Made by a program: the position numbers and the translations under genes
In this document: piece by piece, positions 17,782 through 26,986 of the stretch
How positions within the stretch are numbered: the first letter of the stretch is position 1
Layout: the number at the start of each line of letters is the position of its first letter
Assembly: GCA_043803225.1 (NCBI GenBank)
Contig: JAZDKF010000024.1
Location: forward strand, 1 to 55,519
Direction of reading: 5' to 3'
DNA: 55,519 nt
Source: Candidatus Beckwithbacteria bacterium
Lineage (GTDB): Bacteria > Patescibacteriota > Microgenomatia > UBA1400 > CG1-02-47-37
Notes under the pieces: model-generated
What the model was told of the DNA's origin: nothing
Seen by the model: the letters and a program-made list of their open reading frames with translations, nothing else
The model's database searches: none

Positions 17782-19075
17782 AGGTTTTAAACTGATTTCC
17801 CCGTTCTTTGTAGTTTTGAAACATATCAAAACTGGCACAGGCCGGAGAAAGAACGACGACATCTTTTGGCTGGGCTAACTGATATGCCTGATTGATAATT
17901 TCCGGAAAAGTAGGTTTGCCTTGAATAATCCGAGCCCGACAAGGTCTAACAGCCTTGATGCTTTGGCCGATAATTGGCCCCATTTTACCGATTAAAATTA
18001 CGGCTTTAATATTTTTACTTTGGCTGATAGTTTTGCCAAGTTCAGTATAATCTGATCCTTTATCTGAACCGCCTAAAATTATAATCATTGGTTCCTTAAA
18101 GGCTTTAATAGCGGCAATAGCAGTTTCCGGGGTGGTAGAGAAGGAATCGTTATAGTATTTAACCTGATGCAATTCTCTAACCAATTCAAGCCGGTGCTCT
18201 AAACCTTTAAAGCGGAAAACTACCTTTTTAATTGCAGCAATAGAAGCACCGGAAAGAGCGCTGGCAGTGATGGCGGCAGTGATATTTTCCCAGTTATGCT
18301 CACCTCTTAGTTGAAGTTTACCTGAAGAGCCGATTAAAACCGGTTTAGAGTTTAGGTTTAAATAAATTTTTCTTAATAAAACATATGCCCCTTTAACCTT
18401 TTGGTAGCGACTAAAATAATATTTTTTGGCTTTAGTTTTTATTTGCTGGGTAAAAGGATAGTCGGCATTTATAACCGCCAGATCTTTTTTTGTCTGGAAA
18501 CGGATCAGATTAAGCTTGGCTTGTTGATACTCGGCAACTGACCGGTGAAAATCCAGATGTTCCGAAGTAATATTTAAGACTACGGCTAAGTGCGGACTTT
18601 GGGTTAAATCCTGGAGTTGAAAACTAGAGAGTTCTAAACAAACAAAGTCGGCTTGTTTAAGCCAGGGCAGTAAAGTCAGCATGGGTTTACCGATATTACC
18701 GGCTAAATAGATGGTTTTACCGCTAGATTTTAAAATTCGAGTAATTAAAGTGGCGGTAGTGCCTTTGCCTTTGGTGCCGGTAACGGCAATGATTGGGCAA
18801 GGGCAAAGTTGAAAAAACAGTTTAGTTGTACTGGTAATAACCGTCCCCTGCTTCTGGGCTAAAGTAAGCATGGGGTTGAGGCGATAAAACCCAGGAGAGC
18901 GAAAGATTAAGTCAAACCGGGAAAGATCTTGACCTTCATAGACTTGACCCTTGCTTTGATCCTGGTCAAGGATAGTAATCTGACAATTATCAGTATTGGT
19001 TTTAAGCCATTCCATCAAGTCTTGGCCTTCTTCGCCAAAGCCTAAAATAGCAATTTTTTTATTTATAAACTGCAT
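17762..19075 (-). CDS. murD: UDP-MurNAc-L-Ala--D-Glu ligase
   Basis: RSPG, TGTKGKGTT, GNIG, LELSSFQL, HLDFH, HRLE, NDSFST, LSPACASFDMF.NY.ERG..F. Confidence 0.97.
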   Translation of the reverse strand: MQFINKKIAILGFGEEGQDLMEWLKTNTDNCQITILDQDQSKGQVYEGQDLSRFDLIFRSPGFYRLNPMLTLAQKQGTVITSTTKLFFQLCPCPIIAVTGTKGKGTTATLITRILKSSGKTIYLAGNIGKPMLTLLPWLKQADFVCLELSSFQLQDLTQSPHLAVVLNITSEHLDFHRSVAEYQQAKLNLIRFQTKKDLAVINADYPFTQQIKTKAKKYYFSRYQKVKGAYVLLRKIYLNLNSKPVLIGSSGKLQLRGEHNWENITAAITASALSGASIAAIKKVVFRFKGLEHRLELVRELHQVKYYNDSFSTTPETAIAAIKAFKEPMIIILGGSDKGSDYTELGKTISQSKNIKAVILIGKMGPIIGQSIKAVRPCRARIIQGKPTFPEIINQAYQLAQPKDVVVLSPACASFDMFQNYKERGNQFKTYVKNYL

Positions 19076-19842
19076 GCTTTAAATATTATACGTGAAGCGA
19101 GCAAAGCTGAGGCCTTTTTAGTGACAGCTACCGGGTTACCGGTAGTATAAAAAATTTTTTTAGCCGGTAAGTTGGCAGACACTAATCGTTTTTTAATCAA
19201 AACCTTTTCGGTTTGAACAGCGACTGCCTGGCTGGGTTCAATAATAATTACGTGAGGAGGAAGAAGTTTTTTAATAATATCTTTGATTAAAATATAGTGG
19301 GTGCAACCTAAAACTAAGGCTGAGTAAGGTTGAGGATTTTTGGATATCAGGTTTTTTATGATTAGCTTTATAGTTGATTTGGATTTAGTTTCTATTTCAT
19401 AAGCTAAATTCGGCAGAGCTAAGCTTTTAATTTGACCACGCTGGTCTAACTGCTTACATAAAGATTGAAAAGAAAAACTTGCAATAGTTTTGGGCGTTAC
19501 CCAAACCAAGATGTTTTCTTTCAGATTGGCCTGTATGGCCGGTTTAATCGCCGGTTCGATACCAATTATCGGCAAGGGAAACAGATCGCGCAAAAATTTA
19601 ATTGAGTTAGCGGTAATGGTATTACAAGCTACAACCACAGTCTTGCAGTTTTTTTTAAGTAAAAATTTAAAGATGGCGATTAGCCGGCGGTTGATGGTAA
19701 TGGTAGTTTGATTACCATAAGGGAAAAACTCATGGTCTGCCAGATACAAAGTAGATTGACAAGGCAGTTGCTGCCAAATAGCTTGAGCAATAGCTAGCCC
19801 GCCTAAGCCGGAATCAATAATGGCAATCGGCTGGTTATCCAT
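19063..19842 (-). CDS. murI: Glutamate racemase
   Basis: DSGLGGL, FPYG, VVACNT and VLGCTHY catalytic Cys motifs. Confidence 0.96.
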   Translation of the reverse strand: MDNQPIAIIDSGLGGLAIAQAIWQQLPCQSTLYLADHEFFPYGNQTTITINRRLIAIFKFLLKKNCKTVVVACNTITANSIKFLRDLFPLPIIGIEPAIKPAIQANLKENILVWVTPKTIASFSFQSLCKQLDQRGQIKSLALPNLAYEIETKSKSTIKLIIKNLISKNPQPYSALVLGCTHYILIKDIIKKLLPPHVIIIEPSQAVAVQTEKVLIKKRLVSANLPAKKIFYTTGNPVAVTKKASALLASRIIFKACSL

Positions 19843-19843
19843 G

Positions 19844-20875
19844 TTAGATTACCGCTAACCAAACGCCGAACATGGCTAACATAATACTGGCTAAAATAGC
19901 CCGGGTAACTATTTTCGGTTCTTCCCAGCCGATTAGTTGCAGCCAAAGGTGAAAAGGCGAAACCGGAAAGAGTTTATGATGCAAAAACTTTTTGGATAAA
20001 AGCTGGATTAAGCTGGATAAAATTTCAGCAATAAAAATCGCTCCGATAATTAACAGGGCCATGGCTTTACCTAAAAGCAAGCCAACTACGGCAAAAGTAG
20101 CGCCGAAGGCTAAAGCGCCAACATCACCCAGCCAAATCCGGGCCGGAAAAACATTAAAGTAAAGAAAAGAAATTAATGAACCCAGCCAGAGGGCTAAAAA
20201 GAATGAAAGCGGCGTATCCAAAATTGAAGCCGATAAAAACCAAAAGGCAAATAATGCCACCATTAAAACCCCGCTCGCCAGACCGTCCAAACCGTCAGTA
20301 ATATTGACGGCATTGGCAAAAGCGACAATCACCGTGGCGGCAAAAGGAATAAAAAGCCAGTTTAAGTGCAAAATGCCAAAGAAAGGAATGTAAAGAATGT
20401 CGATACCAAGATTTATTGATAACATTGAGGCAATAATTAAAGCTAAAATCCACTGAATAATAAATTTATGACGCAATCTTAAACCAAAAAAACCACTCTG
20501 TTTGAAGTTAAAAAACTTCATTATATCGTCGTATAGCCCTAAAATTCCGAAGGAGATAAAAGTAAAAAAGATCAGGTGAATTTCTTCATTAATCGGGTAA
20601 ACATGGGTAACAAAGACGCCAAGATATTTGGCTAAAGGAAAGAGCAGAAAGAAAAGTAAAGTAACGACTAAAATTACCAATAAGCCACCGCCGACCGGGG
20701 TGCCGGTTTTATGAGCATGCAAGCGGTCAAAGATCGGAGTCGGCTGGTTAAAAGCATCTTTGGTTTTTTGAACCTGACGGGTAAACTTAAGTTTATAAAG
20801 CAGGTTGATAAACGGAATTAAAGAAATAGAAGTGATAACAAAAGAAAAAATCAGTAATCCTAAAAGTAAGGCCAT
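19844..20875 (-). CDS. mraY: Phospho-MurNAc-pentapeptide transferase
   Basis: K.GTP.GGG, DD, NAVNITDGLDGL, PARIWLGDVG, PFH...GWEE.KIV.R; about 10 TMs. Confidence 0.95.
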   Translation of the reverse strand: MALLLGLLIFSFVITSISLIPFINLLYKLKFTRQVQKTKDAFNQPTPIFDRLHAHKTGTPVGGGLLVILVVTLLFFLLFPLAKYLGVFVTHVYPINEEIHLIFFTFISFGILGLYDDIMKFFNFKQSGFFGLRLRHKFIIQWILALIIASMLSINLGIDILYIPFFGILHLNWLFIPFAATVIVAFANAVNITDGLDGLASGVLMVALFAFWFLSASILDTPLSFFLALWLGSLISFLYFNVFPARIWLGDVGALAFGATFAVVGLLLGKAMALLIIGAIFIAEILSSLIQLLSKKFLHHKLFPVSPFHLWLQLIGWEEPKIVTRAILASIMLAMFGVWLAVI

Positions 20876-20882
20876 AATTTAA

Positions 20883-21899
20883 TTATAGATGACGGCTGAT
20901 CCGCCGCAAAGTCTCAATTAAAAAATTAAGCCAATAACTGGGACGGATAACCAAGTCGTGCGCCGGCAGATAGTCAACTTCAAACCCGCCGAAACCGGTT
21001 TTAAACAAGGTAACGCCGGCAAAACGATGATGAGGTTTATTGATTGGGGCGATACCCCAGAAATTATAACGGTTAAAGCCTTTTTGTTTGGCTGCCTGAA
21101 TCGCGGCCCATTGCAAAGCATAAGAAGCCGGAATCTGACGTAGCTGATTACTAGAGCCGGAATAGTGATAAACAGCTTCCTGACCATAAAAAATTATAAA
21201 GGCAATGGCTAATACCTGTTTTTGATAGATTACTTTAAATAATTGAATTTGGTTATCGATTTTAAAAGTTTGAAATTGTTTTAATAAATAGTCCTTAGAA
21301 AAAGGGACAAAGTGACGGCGCTTGACCACTTCCAACTGCAAATCATATAAAAGCTGAATGTCTTGGTCGTCTAAAGACTTGACTACCTTAAGTTTAAGTT
21401 TTTCTGCCTGCTTGAGGCTATAACGAGTGTTTTTTCGCATTTGTTTAAGGATAGTTTCAATTGGAGGCTTTAAGTCTAAAACCCAAGTAGTTTCAGCATG
21501 AAGATGCATTGGTGACGGCCGAAACCCGGCAGCTTTTAAGGTTTTAAGCCGGAAAGGATTTTTAAGCTGATTGGGTCTGATTCTGACAAAACTAGCTTTT
21601 TGAGATATGGCCAGGTTTTTAAGGTGATTATAAACGGTTTTGACCTGAGCCGAATTATCCCAATCAATAATTGGACCGCCGGGACATTCCAAATAAGTAG
21701 CCCGTCTGGCTTTAATCTTAATCAGCTGAGCGACTCCGATTAAACCGTTATTTAAATAAAAGCCGTAACGGAAGATCTGATGATTTAATTGTTGATGAAA
21801 TTCACCCCAGTTCCAGGATTGAAGAAAATTAACCTGAGCCGAAGAGAGTAAAAAACTTTCCCAAACTGATTTTGATTGAATTGGTTTAAAATTTAACAT
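20883..21899 (-). CDS. FemABX/MurM family aminoacyl-tRNA-dependent peptidyltransferase
   Basis: FLQSW.WG, GP, T..LDL, K.TRY, Y.YSGS, LQW.AI..AK..G...YNFWG, GV..FK.GFGG. Confidence 0.92.
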   Translation of the reverse strand: MLNFKPIQSKSVWESFLLSSAQVNFLQSWNWGEFHQQLNHQIFRYGFYLNNGLIGVAQLIKIKARRATYLECPGGPIIDWDNSAQVKTVYNHLKNLAISQKASFVRIRPNQLKNPFRLKTLKAAGFRPSPMHLHAETTWVLDLKPPIETILKQMRKNTRYSLKQAEKLKLKVVKSLDDQDIQLLYDLQLEVVKRRHFVPFSKDYLLKQFQTFKIDNQIQLFKVIYQKQVLAIAFIIFYGQEAVYHYSGSSNQLRQIPASYALQWAAIQAAKQKGFNRYNFWGIAPINKPHHRFAGVTLFKTGFGGFEVDYLPAHDLVIRPSYWLNFLIETLRRISRHL

Positions 21900-23103
21900 G
21901 GGGTTTAATAAAGTTAATAATTCTATCTAACTGATTAAAGTTTAAACGCGGATGAGTAGGAAGATTAATTACTCTGTGGCTGATTGAATCAGCGTTCGGA
22001 CAAGATTTAGAAGCTTGAGAAATTAAAGCCCGGCTGACTCCGGCAGGAGCAATCAAAGGCCGGTACCAGTTGCCAAGCAGCAGCTGGTGTTTTTTAGCTT
22101 TTTGAATCAGTTGATCAGGCTGACCAACTAAGAGTGAATAGCGAAGATAAACGGCTTCAGGGTTGATAACCGGTTGATGCAGCTTATTAGCATAGTATTT
22201 GGCTATCTGACAACGGTGTTGATTAAAGGTGTCAAGCTGAGATAGTTGGGTTAAAGCTAATTGAGCCAAGGCGTTAGGCATTTTTTGAGGCAGAATCACC
22301 ATCCGACCGATTTTTTCCTGATCAGGAACCGGCAGGGAGATAAGACCAAGCTTTTTAATCAACATAAGCAGGTACTTGCCAAAGTAAAAGTAGGTGGGAA
22401 CGATTAAGCTAAATAAAATCGGATGAAGGAGCTGTTTTAAAATCCAAATCTTAGGTGGATAAGTTAAGAGGTTAGTTAGTTGATTAATTTTTTTGGCTAG
22501 TTGACGGTCATTGGTAAGCAGAACGCCGCCAAAGACCGAGGAAATAATTTTATCCCGGCCAAAACTGAGCATCGTCATATCGCCAAAACTGCCTACCGGC
22601 CGGCCATTAACCTTAGCGCCTAAAGCATGAGCGCAATCTTCAATTAAAATAATTTTATGCTGCCGACAAAGAGTGGCCAGGGTTCCAATTTCGTCAGGAA
22701 CACCAAAAGTATGCTGAACGATCAAAGCTTTAGTGCGAGGAGTAATTTTTTTCTTTAAATCAGTTAAGCTTAAATTAAACTGATTTGGCTTCGTGTCAAC
22801 AAAAACCGGTTTGGCACCGGCCCAAATAATCGCATTGGGTACGGCCACACAGGTAAAAGCCTGACATAAAACTTCATCACCTGGTTTTAGATCTAAAGCT
22901 TTTAATGCCAGATAAAGACCGTTACGGCCGGCATTAAGCAGAAACCCGTAAGAATGATTTAGTTTAGTTTTTAAAGCTGCTTCAAGTTTTTCTTCAGCCG
23001 AGCCTTTCTGCCAAAGCCAAGGTTGAAGTAATAGTTTAAGAGCTGTCGAAAAGTCGCGGCTGGTAGTATTTGGAGATAGAGAAATTAAGATAGGTTTCAG
23101 CAT
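21886..23103 (-). CDS. DegT/DnrJ/EryC1/StrS family PLP-dependent aminotransferase
   Basis: GDEV...FTC.AV, PVFVD, QHTFG, IEDCAHALG, SFGRDK (PLP Lys), NLPTHP. Confidence 0.9.
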   Translation of the reverse strand: MLKPILISLSPNTTSRDFSTALKLLLQPWLWQKGSAEEKLEAALKTKLNHSYGFLLNAGRNGLYLALKALDLKPGDEVLCQAFTCVAVPNAIIWAGAKPVFVDTKPNQFNLSLTDLKKKITPRTKALIVQHTFGVPDEIGTLATLCRQHKIILIEDCAHALGAKVNGRPVGSFGDMTMLSFGRDKIISSVFGGVLLTNDRQLAKKINQLTNLLTYPPKIWILKQLLHPILFSLIVPTYFYFGKYLLMLIKKLGLISLPVPDQEKIGRMVILPQKMPNALAQLALTQLSQLDTFNQHRCQIAKYYANKLHQPVINPEAVYLRYSLLVGQPDQLIQKAKKHQLLLGNWYRPLIAPAGVSRALISQASKSCPNADSISHRVINLPTHPRLNFNQLDRIINFIKPHVKF

Positions 23104-24386
23104 AACTGGTCAATAAATTTTTGAGGCAAGCGGCTGATGAGTAAAACTAAAGTTTTATAATCAAGTGATAATTTTTTAGGATCAGAGATGAGCTTAGCCG
23201 TGGGGAAAAACTCAATCAGGTTAGGTTTAGTAATATAGATTTGGGAAAAGACTGGTTGAGCCAGGCGATTAATGGCCTGGTGGTGTTTGGTTGAGTCTTC
23301 ACCAAGCTCGATAATTCCGGAGGTAATCAGAATTTTTTTATCAAAGGCTAAAGTTTTAGCAAAGTTGATGGCGGCTTTAAAGCCTTCGGGATTGGCATTA
23401 TAAGTATTATCGATAATCGTAGCCCGATTGACCCCTAACTTTCGGGTTAACTGAGTTTTGAAAGCCGGAAGGGAAAGCAGACGCTTTTTAATTAGCGCTG
23501 TTTTAATCCCCAATTTTCGGGCCAGTAAAACTCCGGCTTGGAGATTTAACTGCTGATAATCCCCGAGCAAGTTAGTTTTATATTTTGTTTTGGGATAAGT
23601 ATAGAAAACCTGAGTCAGCTGAGGAAAGTTAGAGGCAATTTTTCTTACGGCTTGGTCTTCTCCGTTAAATAAAGCCAAACTTTTTGACGGTAAAGCTTGG
23701 CAGAGTTCGGATTTGGCCAACAGCAGTTTTTCTTGGCTGCCAAACAAGCTTAAGTGCTGAGAAGTAATTCCGGTTAAAACCCCAATCGTCGGCTTTACCA
23801 GGTTACAGATTGATTTAATTTCACCAGGCTTATAAGCCCCCATTTCGACTACAAAAATCCGGTGAGCTGGTTTCAAGGTTTTTAAAATTGTTATCGCCAC
23901 GCCAATCAGGGTATTTTTTGTTTCCGGTGTTTTACAAACAGAATATTTAGCGGCTAAGATATGGCTGATAATTTCTTTGGTTGAAGTTTTAGCATAACTC
24001 CCGGTAATTCCAATCACTAATTGGGATTTGGGCATAACTTTAAGTTTAATTTTGGCGCAAAAAACCAGAAAATCGATAAACAGATCGCTTAAGGGCTTGA
24101 GAATAATAACGACTAAGCTGACAATCAAGGGAACCAGAAAATAAGCCAAAATTGGGTGGAAAAACAGAGAAAAATATAAACTGAGATAAACTAATAAAAT
24201 AATTTTTAGGGTCAAGCGCGGGAAAAGCAAGTAACGGCTGGGTAAAAAGTAAAGTCGTTTTGGCTGGGTTCTCAGTAAGTCTTTAAACCGGTCAAAACGG
24301 TACTCTTTCAACTGCCAGTAATAAAGGCATTTTAAAATTTCTTTCAAAAGGAGAAGAAAATAAATGATTTCCAAGGAGTGAGTCAT
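23097..24386 (-). CDS. murF: MurF-like ligase with N-terminal membrane segment
   Basis: WQLKEYRFDR plus TM helices, GITGSYAKTSTKE, NT.IG, VEMGAY..GEI, HL..FG, IDNTYNANP.G, GIIELG. Confidence 0.85.
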   Translation of the reverse strand: MTHSLEIIYFLLLLKEILKCLYYWQLKEYRFDRFKDLLRTQPKRLYFLPSRYLLFPRLTLKIILLVYLSLYFSLFFHPILAYFLVPLIVSLVVIILKPLSDLFIDFLVFCAKIKLKVMPKSQLVIGITGSYAKTSTKEIISHILAAKYSVCKTPETKNTLIGVAITILKTLKPAHRIFVVEMGAYKPGEIKSICNLVKPTIGVLTGITSQHLSLFGSQEKLLLAKSELCQALPSKSLALFNGEDQAVRKIASNFPQLTQVFYTYPKTKYKTNLLGDYQQLNLQAGVLLARKLGIKTALIKKRLLSLPAFKTQLTRKLGVNRATIIDNTYNANPEGFKAAINFAKTLAFDKKILITSGIIELGEDSTKHHQAINRLAQPVFSQIYITKPNLIEFFPTAKLISDPKKLSLDYKTLVLLISRLPQKFIDQLC

Positions 24387-25093
24387 AAATTGATAAAGCG
24401 AATAATTTCTTTAACTAAGGCTTCGGAATGGGTAAAAGGCAAACCGTGGCTGGCAGAGGGGAAAATAATTAATTTCGAACCGCTGATCAAGCTATGGATT
24501 TTCCGGCCGTATTTTAGCGGTGTCATTCTGTCCTGGCCGCCCCAAATAAGTAAAGCCGGACAGCTGATCTGAGTAAAAGACGACTGCTGGTCTTCATTGA
24601 TGACCTGAATCAGCGTTTGCCTCATTAACGGAGAAGATTTTAAATAGTCAGATTCCCGGGCAGCCAAGTAAAGAAGTTGCCGGAACGGTTGCTGCAACGG
24701 CCGGATTGGCTTTAAAGAGAAAAACCATTTGCCGATTTTAGCAATGGGAATAAAGATTAAACGTTTTAAAGTTATTCCCGGACGAATGCCGGCAGAGTTA
24801 ATTAAAATTAACTTTGCAACCAACTGAGGATTAACAGCCGCCAGCTGGCAGGCAATCTGGCCGCCAAGCGAATGACCGATTAAAATACAGCGCTTGATTG
24901 ATTTTTTTTCAAGATACTGTTTGACCCAAACAACATAATCGCAAGTATTATATGGTTTAGTTAATAACTGATGATTAAAACCAGGCAGAGCCGGCAAATA
25001 GACTTTTATTTTTAATTTTTCTAATTGTTTTACAACCGCCTGCCAGCGGGAGAGTTGACTGTTCCATCCGTGAAGAATAACAATCGGCATCAT
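24383..25093 (-). CDS. Alpha/beta hydrolase
   Basis: ILHGW, LPGF, GHSLGG, IWG..D, H; stop overlaps the murF start (ATGA). Confidence 0.9.
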   Translation of the reverse strand: MMPIVILHGWNSQLSRWQAVVKQLEKLKIKVYLPALPGFNHQLLTKPYNTCDYVVWVKQYLEKKSIKRCILIGHSLGGQIACQLAAVNPQLVAKLILINSAGIRPGITLKRLIFIPIAKIGKWFFSLKPIRPLQQPFRQLLYLAARESDYLKSSPLMRQTLIQVINEDQQSSFTQISCPALLIWGGQDRMTPLKYGRKIHSLISGSKLIIFPSASHGLPFTHSEALVKEIIRFINL

Positions 25094-25096
25094 GAA

Positions 25097-26077
25097 TTAT
25101 TTAAGTAAACTAATGATAGCTTGAGCCAGTTTGTCCGGATCATGGCGAAGCAAGCTGCGCTTTAAGGTATCGCTTTTGGGTTTTTCAAACAGAGTTTCGG
25201 CAATTAAAGGTTTTCTGATTACCCGACGATCAGTTTTTAAATCATCAACAACTGGATATTCAGCTTCCTTGGCATAAACGTTTTTTATTTCAAGAGGAAT
25301 TGGCGAGTTATTAACTAAAATATGGTCTAAAGATTTACCTAAGTATTTTTCCAGTTCAGAAACATGGTCAGAGGCAGTAAAGTAATTAGTCTGGCTGTTT
25401 AAAGTCATCAGGTTAAGAATATAGACTAATTTAGCGGAAGACTTTTTCAAAGCTTCAACTGTACCGGTAATGACTAAGTTGGCAATAATTGAGTTGTAAA
25501 GATCACCCGGGGCAAGAATAATCAGATCGGCTGAGGCAACCGCTTTTTCAGCCTCAGGATTGATTTTGGCTCGAGGCAAGGTGTAGAGATTAGTAATTCG
25601 TTCGTTTTTTAAAAGCCGATGGGTTTCGATTTTGTGTTCGGATTTAATGGTCAAGCCGTCTGAATACTCGGCTGCTAATTTAACCAACTGGTTGGAGATC
25701 GGTAAGACCTGGCCTTTAAGCCGGAAGATCTTGGCAGCTTGGGCAATGGCTTCAGGTTCGCTTCCGGCCAGCTCTTCTAAGCCGGTTAAAATCAGATTAC
25801 CAAGATTATGGCCTTTAAGGCCCTGGCCTTTATTAAAACGGTGAAGCAGGAGTTTACGTAACAGACCGTTTTCTTTAGCTAAGGCGGCCAGGCATTGGCG
25901 CATATCCCCGACCGGTAAAAAGCCAAACTCGTCTCTTAGCCGGCCGGTGGAGCCGCCGTCATCAGTCACCGGCACAATCGCAGTCAGATCCAAAGGGTAT
26001 TCTTTTAAACCGGATAACAGGACAAAACTGCCGGTGCCGCCGCCGATAACCACCACCTTTTTAGATTGAGTTACCAT
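25097..26077 (-). CDS. yvcK: YvcK/GlmR (UDP-GlcNAc-binding, CofD-like) protein
   Basis: VVIGGGTG, DDGGSTGRLR, GD.R.C, GHNLGNL, PG.LY.SI, RHD..KLA. Confidence 0.93.
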   Translation of the reverse strand: MVTQSKKVVVIGGGTGSFVLLSGLKEYPLDLTAIVPVTDDGGSTGRLRDEFGFLPVGDMRQCLAALAKENGLLRKLLLHRFNKGQGLKGHNLGNLILTGLEELAGSEPEAIAQAAKIFRLKGQVLPISNQLVKLAAEYSDGLTIKSEHKIETHRLLKNERITNLYTLPRAKINPEAEKAVASADLIILAPGDLYNSIIANLVITGTVEALKKSSAKLVYILNLMTLNSQTNYFTASDHVSELEKYLGKSLDHILVNNSPIPLEIKNVYAKEAEYPVVDDLKTDRRVIRKPLIAETLFEKPKSDTLKRSLLRHDPDKLAQAIISLLK

Positions 26078-26085
26078 TAGTGTAT

Positions 26086-26107
26086 ATTTTACCAGATTTG
26101 CTATAAT
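26086..26107. promoter_or_regulatory. Back-to-back extended -10 promoters: TGgTAAAAT (minus, yvcK) and TGcTATAAT (plus, orphan)
   Basis: Minus TGGTAAAAT at 26086-26094, 8 nt before the yvcK ATG; plus TGCTATAAT at 26099-26107, upstream of ORF 26151. Confidence 0.6.
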
Positions 26108-26150
26108 CTGGCTTGGAAAATCAATTATTGCCTGCCGGAAAGAAGTTTGT

Positions 26151-26708
26151 GTGCTGGAAAAGTTTAAGAGTAAAATTACAAAAATAAAGAATGAATTAAA
26201 GATTAGGGGTGAGATCAGAGATCAAGCTGAAATTTTAAAAGCAATGATTCTTGAAAATAGTCGAATATCTATTTATGGTTTCTCTTTTGAACTAGATTTG
26301 ACTGATAAAATGGTGGTGGTTTATTCTAAAACCGTAAATAGGGAAAAATTTCACTTAAATTTTAAAGTAAACCCAGAACACTATTCCGGCCCGGTTATGG
26401 TTGTTTCTTTCGGCGAAGCGCTGGAATTAAAATCAGTGCCGGCAGTTTGCAAACAGGGAAATGGCTATAGTAATCGTTATGTAGATTACAGTCCTAAAGG
26501 AAATTGTCCCAGCGAATTTAATATACCCCAAGAACAATTTGAGTTTTTGAAAAAAAATGGAGTTCCGGTAATATCACCTGGAGAGAATAATCCCTACCCG
26601 GAGAATATTAATCGGGAACAAGCGATATTAGGAATTTTACAACTAATGAATGCTAAAAATCCTAATTTAGGAGAATATGTTCAAGCAGTTAAGGCAGCCG
26701 CAAGTTGA
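26151..26708 (+). CDS. Hypothetical protein (185 aa orphan) on the strand opposite the dcw cluster
   Basis: GTG-started ORF, AT-rich, own -10 box; stop lies 12 nt before palindrome R3. Confidence 0.7.
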   Translation: MLEKFKSKITKIKNELKIRGEIRDQAEILKAMILENSRISIYGFSFELDLTDKMVVVYSKTVNREKFHLNFKVNPEHYSGPVMVVSFGEALELKSVPAVCKQGNGYSNRYVDYSPKGNCPSEFNIPQEQFEFLKKNGVPVISPGENNPYPENINREQAILGILQLMNAKNPNLGEYVQAVKAAAS

Positions 26709-26714
26709 TTATTG

Positions 26715-26984
26715 AAGGAACCTGTAAGGACAGTTCCTGCAGGCAAAGTTTCCAACGGATTACGATGGATGTATTTTGAAAGGAAAATGAATTGAGTTTC
26801 AGTTTTTATCATAACCGCTATTTAGTCACCAAGGATCTAAGAAAATTAGCCATTAAATTTTCTTTTTTTGAAAAATAAATAAGTGAAAATGATTAGGCAC
26901 CAAGCAATAAGCCAGAAGAAAAGTTCCTGAGAAAAGTTTTTTAGTTTTTTCGATGGAGCAACCTACAGGGACTGTCCCTGCAGG
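26715..26984 (-). pseudogene. Decayed REP-associated tyrosine transposase (RAYT / Y1 HUH transposase) fragment
   Basis: Manual translation: LQGQSL*VAPSKKLKNFSQEL /fs/ LLAYCLVPNHFHLFIFQKK /fs/ NLMANFLRSLVTK* /deletion/ AVMIKTETQFIFLSKYIHRNPLETLPAGTVLTG. HUH block at 26883-26918; YIHRNP at 26756-26773. Confidence 0.88.
26721..26743. repeat. REP-like palindrome R3 CCTGTAAGGAC-A-GTTCCTGCAGG
   Basis: 23-nt family member with 3 arm mismatches; on the minus strand preceded by TTTG, as R1/R2 are on the plus strand. Confidence 0.8.
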
Positions 26985-26986
26985 TT
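26960..26986. repeat. REP-like palindrome R4 AACCTACAGGGAC-T-GTCCCTGCAGGTT
   Basis: 13-bp arms with 1 mismatch; overlaps the glmS stop codon. Confidence 0.9.

Noticed and set aside
17936-17957. CAAGG-tctaacag-CCTTG in murD (encodes KAVRPCR), resembling a degenerate intragenic palindrome
   Set aside because: Only 5-bp arms and wrong spacing for the 23-nt family; cannot be separated from chance without an orthologue alignment.
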